Origin: Gemmatimonadota bacterium
Lineage (GTDB): Bacteria > Gemmatimonadota > Gemmatimonadetes > Gemmatimonadales > GWC2-71-9
Length of the DNA: 12,221 nucleotides
Assembly (NCBI GenBank): GCA_036679605.1
Contig: JAZDCZ010000088.1
Location: 1-12,221, forward strand
Direction of reading: 5' to 3'
The position numbers and the translations under genes are program-made. This document shows, piece after piece, positions 1 to 6,721 of the stretch. The notes below the pieces were generated by a model that did no database searches, was not told the origin of the DNA, and saw nothing but the letters and a program-made list of their open reading frames with translations. Numbering within the stretch: position 1 is the first letter of the stretch; each line of letters starts with the position of its first letter.

Positions 1-666
1 GAGAAGGTGGTTCTTTCTTGCCGCTCCCCGGGCTGTTTCCAACGCGGCTTCCTGTCGCGATACACCCACCTGAGCCCCAAGCACATCCACCCGCGTCCGG
101 CCGGCCACCCTGAAAAGTCGCTCGGTGGCATCGAGTTCTTCGTTTCTTGCCACCAGCATCCGTTCCTCTATTGCGACGAGGTCTTGAGCCTCCACCAAGC
201 CGTGGAACTGCCGCTTGATGTTCGCTTCCATCCGCGCCACCTCCACTTCTACGCCGGCGAGCGTTGCGCGTGCTCCCGCACGTGCAGCACGCAGGTTGTT
301 GAGGTTTTGGAATCCGTCGAACAGCGTGAGGTTGGACGAGACACTCTGTGAGGAGCTACTGCTTTGAAAGGTTCGGGAGGTCGGCGTCGCCACTGCACGA
401 CCAAAATCATCTGTGCCGGTAAACACGGTGCGCGTCGAGCCGTTGAAGTTCAGGCTGCCGTTGAGATTGGGAAGGAACCGACCAACCCCTGCCGATATAT
501 CGGCCCCGCTGGCATCGGCCCGCACGATTGCCTTGCGGTAGCCGGGGTTCCGCTCCCGAGCAATCTCCAATGCATCTTCCAGCGTCATCTTGGAGGGCAC
601 CTGCTGCGCCGCTGCGCCTGAGGGCGCAAGGATCGCCGCCGCAAGGATTAACGCGCACCTGTTCAT
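1..666 (-). CDS. TolC-family outer membrane efflux protein, N-terminal 222 codons (runs off the window edge)
   Basis: Not in the ORF track. Manual translation from ATG at 666, which overlaps the adaptor stop as ATGA, is open to position 1: MNRCALILAAAILAPSGAAAQQVPSKMTLEDALEIARERNPGYRKA...GRFLPNLNGSLNF...SNLTLFDGFQNLNNLRAARA...ATERLFRVAGRTRVDVLGAQV. It has a signal peptide (AAA|QQ) and typical OEP/TolC motifs (TLEDAL..A...NP, LP.L, LTLFDG, DVL.AQ). Confidence 0.9.
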   Translation of the reverse strand, partial: MNRCALILAAAILAPSGAAAQQVPSKMTLEDALEIARERNPGYRKAIVRADASGADISAGVGRFLPNLNGSLNFNGSTRTVFTGTDDFGRAVATPTSRTFQSSSSSQSVSSNLTLFDGFQNLNNLRAARAGARATLAGVEVEVARMEANIKRQFHGLVEAQDLVAIEERMLVARNEELDATERLFRVAGRTRVDVLGAQVGVSRQEAALETARGAARKNHLL

Positions 667-1844
667 TGTGGCCTCCCCCCAGCTACCCGGACATTCCCGA
701 CCAGTCGCACATGTGCGTCGTGAATCAGGGAATAGTGACCGTCGGTAAGGACCACTTCGCCGGCCTGGACCATCTTCGTATCAGGATTCTCAACTATCTC
801 GATGAGCGAGTCATTAGAGAGGCCCGTTGTCACATAGCGCCACTTGGCCAGCCCGTCCCGGCCCTCTCCCTCAAACACAAACAACAATGTTCGACGGTCG
901 CGCTCCAAAATGGCGCTGCGCGGAACGAGGATTCGGTCGGCGAAGCTCTTCGCCTGCAGTGACACGCGGGCGTACATTCCGGGGAGGATGCGGCCCTCCG
1001 GGTTGGGCACAGTGACCGTGACCCTCGCCGTCCGCGTGTCACGGTCCACGACCGGGTTTATCGTCGCAATGGTGCCGTAGAAAATCTCGTCCGGAAAAGC
1101 TGAGAAAGAGATCGAAGCTTTGCGACCCGGTTGCAAGAACCCGATCTCGCCCTCCAGGACCTGGACCTCAACCTTGATCGGATCGAGATCGACTACCGTG
1201 AGCAGCTCATCTCCCACCCGCACAGCTTGCCCTTCCACAACCCTAATGCTTGCTGCTCTTCCGTCGTATGGCGTACGCACCTTGGTTCGAGCCAGCCGGA
1301 GCTGGGCCTCCTTGAGCCTGACTTCGGCTTCACCCAATCCGCTCTTCGCTCTAGCAACTCTCTCTCGCTCGGCCCTGACCTCGGGGTCTTCTATCTGATC
1401 GTCGAACAGGATAAGCTCACGGAAACTTGCCTCGGCGCGCGCGAGTGCGGCCTTCTCCCGCTCCACGACCAGCTCATACTCGGTGGGATCTATCTCGATC
1501 AGAACGCTCCCGCCTTTGACCGGGTCGTTTTCGCGCACACGCACTCGCCTAACGCGTCCTTCCACCTGTCCCAACAACCTCGACTCCTTCACCGCCGCAG
1601 CCTGCGCGGCCGCGTTGACCGAGACGATCAACGTCTCTTTGGTAACCGTAGCAGCCTCAACCGGAATGGCGATATCGGTCGAGAAGGCGCTACTCGCCGA
1701 GACTGCCGGACGATCTTCGGCACCAGCATTCGCGTCTTCTGAATCCCCTTCACCGCCCTGAAGGCGCAGCACGACGCCAGCACCCAGTAATCCAACAACC
1801 AGGATGGCTGCCGACAGTCCAATCATTCCTTTTGAAATAGCCAT
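663..1844 (-). CDS. Efflux RND-type periplasmic adaptor subunit (membrane fusion protein)
   Basis: N-terminal TM helix, lipoyl-like halves (VEGRVRRVRVRENDPVKGGSVLIEID; TKVRTPYDGR...VVEGQAVRVGDEL), an alpha-hairpin, and INPVVDRDTRT, ILPGMYARV and LVPRSAI motifs. ATG at 1844 is preferred over TTG at 1859. Confidence 0.93.
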   Translation of the reverse strand: MAISKGMIGLSAAILVVGLLGAGVVLRLQGGEGDSEDANAGAEDRPAVSASSAFSTDIAIPVEAATVTKETLIVSVNAAAQAAAVKESRLLGQVEGRVRRVRVRENDPVKGGSVLIEIDPTEYELVVEREKAALARAEASFRELILFDDQIEDPEVRAERERVARAKSGLGEAEVRLKEAQLRLARTKVRTPYDGRAASIRVVEGQAVRVGDELLTVVDLDPIKVEVQVLEGEIGFLQPGRKASISFSAFPDEIFYGTIATINPVVDRDTRTARVTVTVPNPEGRILPGMYARVSLQAKSFADRILVPRSAILERDRRTLLFVFEGEGRDGLAKWRYVTTGLSNDSLIEIVENPDTKMVQAGEVVLTDGHYSLIHDAHVRLVGNVRVAGGRPQ

Positions 1845-2081
1845 ACGTTTCACTCGCAAATTGAGATCGGGTACCCTGCCCAGGGCACGACACTCGTGAG
1901 ATGCACGAGGACCGGGTTTAGTTGCGCACGTTAAATATGCCTAGCTGCGAGCCGGGTGGCGATATCCAGTCCGCGAGCGTTTTCAACGCTCGAACAATCG
2001 AACAGCGAACCAGGAATGATGAATGTCGAAGTGGCCTCCCTTTAAGGCATAGTTCTCTTGTCACAAGCAAAATCATATCTA

Positions 2082-2375
2082 TCAAGCGGCGTGCAGGGGG
2101 ATACGATCGAGTTTCCGACCCATCCTGCGCCGAGCCTCTTCTAGATCAAAGTCGGCTTGCAGTCCCATCCAAAATTGTTCGGACATACCGAAATACTTGG
2201 CCAGACGCACGGCTGTGTCGGCTGTCACCGCACGCTTGCCATGCACGATCTCGTTGATGCGACGTGGCGGCACACCAATGTCACGCGCAATCCGATTCTG
2301 GCTAAGGCCCATGGGTTCGAGAAACTCTTCGAGCAGGACCTCACCGGGATGGATGTTCCGTAGTTTCTTTGCCAT
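2082..2375 (-). CDS. higA: HigA-family antitoxin (XRE HTH)
   Basis: IHPGEVLLEEFLEPMGLSQNRIARDIGVPPRRINEIVHGKRAVTADTAVRLAKYFGMSEQFWMGLQADFDL is the canonical HigA/VapI signature. It lies directly downstream of a higB-like gene. Confidence 0.95.
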   Translation of the reverse strand: MAKKLRNIHPGEVLLEEFLEPMGLSQNRIARDIGVPPRRINEIVHGKRAVTADTAVRLAKYFGMSEQFWMGLQADFDLEEARRRMGRKLDRIPLHAA

Positions 2376-2380
2376 GGTTA

Positions 2381-2668
2381 TTACCCCTTGTGATAATCGA
2401 CGATCTCAACCGCAAAGGCATCGCCGGTTTCCCACTTGAAACAGATGCGCCACTGGTCGTTGATCCGGATACTCTATTGACCCTTACGTCTGCCTTTCAG
2501 TGCCTCCAAACGGTTGGCAGGCGGCACCCGAAGATCGGAAAGCGTCCGGGCGTTGTTCAGCATACGGAGCTTTCGGCGGGCTACGTTCTGGATGTCGGCT
2601 GGTAGCCGTTGAGCACGCTCGCCTCGCCAAATCGACTCGGCCCGATGGCCCCGGAAATCTCGTATCAT
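2381..2668 (-). pseudogene. higB: HigB (RelE-fold) toxin interrupted by an in-frame TAG at 2474-2476
   Basis: Reading through the stop gives MIRDFRGHRAESIWRGE...[65 protein letters not shown], with TAA at 2381-2383. This is a full-length HigB; the TAG replaces the aromatic/His residue of the GQ[YHW]SIRIN motif. Confidence 0.9.
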
Positions 2669-2673
2669 CAAGT

Positions 2674-2711
2674 ACTATAACGATGCGCGTTATATGACGC
2701 AATACGTTATA
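2674..2711 (-). promoter_or_regulatory. Sigma70-type higBA promoter overlapped by two palindromic operator-like sites; probably leaderless
   Basis: Minus strand reads TTGCGT (2702-2697), N17, TATAGT (2679-2674), then ACTTG and the ATG, with no SD. Palindromes TATAACG-N5-CGTTATA (2676-2694) and TATGACG-N5-CGTTATA (2693-2711) cover the -10 and -35 boxes. Confidence 0.75.
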
Positions 2712-2730
2712 GATCAAATCAGATCGTTCA

Positions 2731-2771
2731 AAGCGGCTCTGCACACCTGCCCTGTAGAACACCGATCCACC
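2731..2771. repeat. Direct repeat, copy 1 (partner at 4253-4293); 18-bp exact core GTAGAACACCGATCCACC
   Basis: Exact match 2754-2771 = 4276-4293. It extends without gaps to 41 bp with 32 identities (hand count). Confidence 0.8.
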
Positions 2772-2858
2772 CGTAACAGTGCCGAGCGGGGGTGCCCATG
2801 GCCGAGGTTCCCGGCGTTCTCAACGCTCGGATTTGCTCGTCATGGCTCCGCCGGCGAC

Positions 2859-2972
2859 CGTGCCACCCGCCTCCTACCTATACAGTGGCTCCGAACAGGC
2901 AAAAGGTCACACGTGGGGGCAACCTAGTATACTCTACACCAGTCAAACTCAATGGCTCACAACGAGTTGCGT
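2859..2972. repeat. Diverged ~115-bp regulatory-region duplication (partner at 7484-7596)
   Basis: Hand alignment gives about 86/115 identities. It covers the start codon, SD, ECF-like promoter and upstream blocks (GGCAA, ACACC, TCAA, ATGG, CAACnAGTTGCGT). Confidence 0.85.
2884..2911 (-). promoter_or_regulatory. Putative ECF promoter copy A (orphan; followed by an SD and an 8-aa ORF)
   Basis: TGTGACCTTTTGCCTGTTCGGAGCCACT matches the consensus TGTGACCTTT-N12-GCCACT. Confidence 0.75.
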
Positions 2973-3002
2973 TGGGCGGTAGGACTCAGTAAATACCGCC
3001 CA
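2973..3002. repeat. 9-bp perfect inverted repeat upstream of hicB (operator or hairpin)
   Basis: TGGGCGGTA (2973-2981), N12, TACCGCCCA (2994-3002). It begins exactly where the 115-bp duplication ends. Confidence 0.5.
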
Positions 3003-3091
3003 CTTCTACCTTCTGGACGGTGCGTATATTTCCTAGAGGTCTGAAGGATGGCCTGAGAACACGAGTCACCCGCGCTACAGGAGGAACCATA

Positions 3092-3325
3092 GTGCAGCAT
3101 ACTGTTAACGCTGTGATCCGGCCCGGCGAGCAATCAGGCTATGTGGCCGAATGTGTCGAACTTTCCGTGGTCACCCAAGGTTCTACTCTCGACAGAACTG
3201 TGGCGAACCTGCAGGAGGCTGTGAGCCTGCACCTGGACGGTGAGGATCTGGCCGACTTCGGCCTCGTGTCACCAGTTTCAATAGTCGCCACGCTTGAGAT
3301 AGCTCCGGCGGTCGGTGCCGCGTAG
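3092..3325 (+). CDS. hicB: HicB-family antitoxin (short form, 77 aa)
   Basis: GTG at 3092 follows an AGGAGG SD. MQHTVNAVIRPGEQSGYVAECVELSVVTQGSTLDRTVANLQEAVSLHLDGED matches the HicB partial RNase H fold (GYVAEC..L..VTQG.TL.E...NL.EA..L.L). Confidence 0.88.
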   Translation: MQHTVNAVIRPGEQSGYVAECVELSVVTQGSTLDRTVANLQEAVSLHLDGEDLADFGLVSPVSIVATLEIAPAVGAA

Positions 3326-3440
3326 GCTGCGGCGGCTCGACGGTGCGGAGGTTGTCCGCATTCTCGAAGCATTGGGATTTGCCGTTATCTCGCAACGCTG
3401 CCCCGAAAGCCGCTCCTCAGCTTTGCGCTCTTTACGGTGA
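3315..3440 (+). pseudogene. hicA: Truncated HicA toxin (homology ends at about 3398)
   Basis: GTG at 3315 overlaps the hicB end: MPRRLRRLDGAEVVRILEALGFAVISQR|CPESRSSALRSLR*. The first 28 aa match the HicA N-terminus (L..L.G.EV.R.LE.LGF....QR). The GSH motif expected next is absent. Confidence 0.82.
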
Positions 3441-4238
3441 CCGCCTGGACCACACTACGATAACCCCACACCTGGCGTCGCTACCGGCGAATTCCCCCGG
3501 CACGCTCGATGGCGTGTAGACCTCAATTGCTTCCAAGTCGGACGGAAATAGCACTACATCCGGTCCCAGGTCGGAAATACCATCGATCTTGCCGGTCCTT
3601 ACACCGTCCCAATACAACTGCGGTACACAACTCGTACCAGTTAAGCCTCCAAAACCTCTCATTCGTACACTGGATTGCCTTCCTCCCAAAGAGACGATCC
3701 GCACGCCATGCATAAGTCGAAGAAGGCTGGTAAACCGATTCACGCCCTTTTCTTCGATCTGTTCACGCGTCAAGAAATGGCCAAGACCGCGTCGCTTCCG
3801 ATCGTAGAAGCCCTGCAGCGGCCCAGGTGCAAACCTCTCCCTTTCTGCCGTCACTGTAACGGTCTCGAGCATCTCGATCGGCTTCTTCTTGGAGACTCGC
3901 ATCTGAATGTCGAGGATCTCGCCGTCCACAAGTTCAAACACTGACGTAACCAACTTCGCGTATAATGAGGCGTCCGCCCGTAGTGTGTATTTGCCGGGGT
4001 CTAGAGCGAGAAGGGAGAAGACACCATTCGAGTCGCTAATCGCACCACCCCGCATCCCTCCTTTTTCATCGAGCAGCATCACAGACACAGCACCAACGGG
4101 CCGTTCAGTACTGTCGTCTACCACGGTCCCGTAAATCGTCTGCTGGGCGCTAGCCGCAGGCGGAGTCAGCAGGACAAGGCCCCCGGTGAGCACACCGATA
4201 AGCAAACGGCGAATCACGCTGTCTTTTGTCTCGATCAT
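3432..4238 (-). CDS. Secreted protein with a carboxypeptidase-regulatory-like domain and a TonB-receptor plug-like domain, no beta-barrel
   Basis: Signal peptide (ASA|QQ). IYGTVVDDSTERPVGAVSV...SDSNGVFSL...PGKYTLRA is the CarboxypepD_reg-like part. LETVTVTA, FLTREQIEE and DLEAIEVY...CGVIVVWSR form the plug. The protein ends right after the plug. Confidence 0.85.
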   Translation of the reverse strand: MIETKDSVIRRLLIGVLTGGLVLLTPPAASAQQTIYGTVVDDSTERPVGAVSVMLLDEKGGMRGGAISDSNGVFSLLALDPGKYTLRADASLYAKLVTSVFELVDGEILDIQMRVSKKKPIEMLETVTVTAERERFAPGPLQGFYDRKRRGLGHFLTREQIEEKGVNRFTSLLRLMHGVRIVSLGGRQSSVRMRGFGGLTGTSCVPQLYWDGVRTGKIDGISDLGPDVVLFPSDLEAIEVYTPSSVPGEFAGSDARCGVIVVWSRRSP

Positions 4239-4252
4239 TAGAGGTATCCTTT

Positions 4253-4306
4253 AAGCAGTCCTACACGCATACCTGGTAGAACACCGATCCACCATGAGAT
4301 GTTACC
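4253..4306 (-). promoter_or_regulatory. Possible second ECF-type promoter (GTAAC-N18-GTT) upstream of the plug gene; contains repeat copy 2
   Basis: Minus strand GGTAAC ATCTCATGGTGGATCGGT GTTCTA, about 40 bp upstream of ATG 4238. The AAC..N18..GTT geometry is typical of ECF promoters. Confidence 0.4.
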
Positions 4307-4477
4307 GGCAGGCGTGCAATCGCAGCGAATTGCGCCCAAGGGCAGGGCGTGCCGACAAGGCTCGTAGTAGGGCGTCTGTTGGCAAAAACCAGACAGGAAG
4401 GGTGAGGGGCGACACCTTCGTCTCTTCAGACCGTCAATCCGTCCATCTGCAGTCACAGAGACCGATCCCGCTACACT

Positions 4478-4705
4478 CTAGTCAGGAATTTCCTGGCACG
4501 GAACGGTTACGCAAGAATAACCGTTAAAGTTGCATTCTTCGAAATTGAACGAAACATCACATCCGAAAGCGCCACAATGTGACCAGTTGCATTGATGGCT
4601 GGCTTCTGCCGGCTCCGGGGAGCTGAGTTCTCCGGCCACCAGACCCAACAGAACGACTAGGGTGGCAGCCAAAGTTTTTGTCCAGATGCTTTTCATGGTA
4701 TGCAT
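4478..4705 (-). CDS. Secreted six-cysteine peptide precursor (75 aa)
   Basis: AAGGAG SD upstream. Signal peptide ends PAEA|. Predicted mature 40-mer SHQCNWSHCGAFGCDVSFNFEECNFNGYSCVTVPCQEIPD has spacing C-x4-C-x4-C-x8-C-x6-C-x4-C. Confidence 0.85.
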   Translation of the reverse strand: MHTMKSIWTKTLAATLVVLLGLVAGELSSPEPAEASHQCNWSHCGAFGCDVSFNFEECNFNGYSCVTVPCQEIPD

Positions 4706-4784
4706 GGTATCTCCTTAGTATGTGTGGTGAAGTTGCGCCCCTCAGCGCCTTCCAGAAAAAAGGTTGTGTCCAGTGTGTGTGTTT

Positions 4785-5438
4785 TCACCTGCCTTCCGGC
4801 AGCACAGCGCCCGAATCGGCCCATTCTACAATTGCTTGACGGCCTGGCTTGGTTACCAGAAGCAGTCGATCCCGCTCACCGAAATACAGTTCGTCAGTAC
4901 TGTCCTTCGGAGCCACATAAAAACGCTTGTAAACCAGCACCTGCGGGGTCATCGGCTCGGTAGTATCGTCGGACCAGAGGTACCGCGCCGCGAAGGTGTT
5001 GCCCCAGTTGTAGCCGGCCGATATTTCGTCGAAGCGGCCGAACTTCGTGAGGTGTTCGAACCCCAGCTCAGGTGACCAGTCGAGAGCGACGCCGACGGCT
5101 TTGAACGACCATCCACGTTCCTTGGCATATTTCGCGAGCTGCAACTTGATCGATTCGACCGCGTGCGGCAGCCCGGGCGTATTCGACCACCCGCAGGTGG
5201 AGCTGCCCACGTATGCCATCACCAGTTGTGGACCATTCTCACGTCTGTAGCGCGGGATGTATTCCGACTCTGGGTCCAGTTCGTGAGGGCTGCGATTGAG
5301 CGCAAACTCGACGTCGTAGCGCCGAGCAAGCGTGAAGCCGCTTCCGAGCAAGATGATGACAAGCGCGAACTGTAGAATGCTGCTGGACGTAAGAGACCCA
5401 ACCTGTGAGTGTGCGCGCGATCGTATCCCTTTGAACAT
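4785..5438 (-). CDS. Membrane-anchored thioredoxin-like protein with CxxS (single Cys)
   Basis: AGGAGG SD overlaps the upstream stop. TM helix ILQFALVIILLGSGFTLA, then strand LVMAYVG followed by SSTCGWS, a long helix, strand FKAVGVALD and a cis-Pro-like MTPQVLVY. The fold assignment is by pattern only. Confidence 0.7.
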   Translation of the reverse strand: MFKGIRSRAHSQVGSLTSSSILQFALVIILLGSGFTLARRYDVEFALNRSPHELDPESEYIPRYRRENGPQLVMAYVGSSTCGWSNTPGLPHAVESIKLQLAKYAKERGWSFKAVGVALDWSPELGFEHLTKFGRFDEISAGYNWGNTFAARYLWSDDTTEPMTPQVLVYKRFYVAPKDSTDELYFGERDRLLLVTKPGRQAIVEWADSGAVLPEGR

Positions 5439-5446
5439 GGCACCTC

Positions 5447-6580
5447 CTACTTGGTGAGTGTCAGAACCCTAGCCATCGGGAACGGAGTTTCGTCGGCCGC
5501 GACCACGGTATTCAGGCCCGACCCGAGAATGAGCGGAAACCCGTCACCGAGATACATGCCGCCGGGCCGGTCTAGCCCAATGAGAAACGTGTGCAGCTGA
5601 GCGAATGCCTCCCTGCGCTGCCAGACCCTGCGTGTCACTAGTGCTACCTGAAGTACGACTGCAGTCTGGTCAGCCACCGGGACGAGACGCATTGAGGCGT
5701 GGTAACCTCCCTGTGGAATTCTCAGTTCCGATCCCCTTGTACCCATTGCGATTAGTTCAACTGGCTGGAAGCCATCGATCTCGAGCAGCCACAGCATGTT
5801 GCCGGCTGCGTTGTAGGCCCGAACTTCCGGTAGTGCCCAGGGCGCCAGCAACAGCACACCCGCCTCTTCGAGGCAAGCGATCCGTCCCATGGAGAGCTGC
5901 TCTTGCACGATTCGATTCTCGGTTCGGTAGACCTCGGCGAACGAGTCGAGTGGTTCACCCACGAGTGTATACGACCGGATCGTATAGCCTTGCTCGAGGC
6001 TCGTAGCATGGAGGTAGAGTCGGCCGTTCATAATGCAACCGTCATGGATCCCAACACCGATCTCAAACATGCGCAGGAAACTGATCGAATCCGGTCCGGC
6101 GTCGAAGATGCTTACCCTGCCGCGCGCCTCTAACACGTACAGCCCGCCATCGGGGCCCAATTCAACGGCACGTGGATGTGCGAACTCACCCGGGCCAAGC
6201 CCGGCACGCCCAACCACTTGTAGTAGGGCGCCATCCTCATCGAACATCCGCAGGGTGCGGTCCTGTGAATCGAGGATGATCAGGCGGCCATACGAATCGA
6301 ACGCTACATCCTCGATTTTCCCGAAGACCTGTTCGCGCGGACGATCCATGACACCGACGCGCAACTGTGGCGACGCCGAACGTAGACGATTTGCTAGTTC
6401 TTGGAGCCCTGACGGCGCATGGGCGGAAGAGTCACCGATTGTCACGCTGGCCGATGGAACCGCCGGATGAACGAGACCTTCGGCAATCGGATGCCGCTGA
6501 TTGGTAGGTTCCGAGAAATGTGAACACGCCGTCACGACGAGTGCACAAATGGCTATGCCAACGTGGCGATGGCTCTTCAT
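5447..6580 (-). CDS. 6-bladed beta-propeller (NHL-like) lipoprotein
   Basis: Lipobox-like LVVTA|C. Blade motifs FGKIEDVAFDSYGRLIILDSQDRTLRMFDEDG, VGRAGLGPGEFAHPRAVELGPDGGLYVLE. Confidence 0.88.
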   Translation of the reverse strand: MKSHRHVGIAICALVVTACSHFSEPTNQRHPIAEGLVHPAVPSASVTIGDSSAHAPSGLQELANRLRSASPQLRVGVMDRPREQVFGKIEDVAFDSYGRLIILDSQDRTLRMFDEDGALLQVVGRAGLGPGEFAHPRAVELGPDGGLYVLEARGRVSIFDAGPDSISFLRMFEIGVGIHDGCIMNGRLYLHATSLEQGYTIRSYTLVGEPLDSFAEVYRTENRIVQEQLSMGRIACLEEAGVLLLAPWALPEVRAYNAAGNMLWLLEIDGFQPVELIAMGTRGSELRIPQGGYHASMRLVPVADQTAVVLQVALVTRRVWQRREAFAQLHTFLIGLDRPGGMYLGDGFPLILGSGLNTVVAADETPFPMARVLTLTK

Positions 6581-6581
6581 A

Positions 6582-6629
6582 TTATCGCGACCGCTCGTTC
6601 GTTGTTCTTGTTATTTCAGCTGAGTACAT
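6582..6629 (-). CDS. Short upstream ORF MYSAEITRTTNERSR (15 aa) ending 1 nt before the propeller ATG
   Basis: AGGAGG-CGAA-ATG lies directly after promoter copy B and the ORF ends TAA-T-ATG. The propeller ATG has no clear SD of its own. Confidence 0.4.
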   Translation of the reverse strand: MYSAEITRTTNERSR

Positions 6630-6646
6630 TTCGCCTCCTACTTCTA

Positions 6647-6674
6647 AGTGGCATCGAACGGGCAAAAGGTCACA
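6647..6674 (-). promoter_or_regulatory. Putative ECF promoter copy B (propeller, CxxS Trx, 6-Cys peptide unit)
   Basis: TGTGACCTTTTGCCCGTTCGATGCCACT. Confidence 0.8.
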
Positions 6675-6721
6675 AACCGCCGCAACCGAGTTTCTCCGAG
6701 CACCGCAACTGTAGGTGCGCA

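Noticed and set aside
1974..1992. Hairpin CGAGCGTT-TTC-AACGCTCG as a terminator, and its 15/16 match to 2814-2829 as a target-site duplication around higBA
   Set aside because: There is no convincing U-tract in the higA direction. A single 15/16 match is plausible by chance in 12 kb and the flanks do not align.
2474..2476. TAG reassignment (alternative code or pyrrolysine)
   Set aside because: TAG ends at least five other genes at their expected ends, and no other gene shows an internal TAG.
3020..3091. N-terminal extension of hicB in the ORF track (likewise 7803-7835 for peptide 2)
   Set aside because: Strong SD sequences support the downstream starts at 3092 and 7836.
4773..4782. (GT)5 tract upstream of the 6-Cys peptide as a phase-variation site
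   Set aside because: Too short to be a credible slippage tract.
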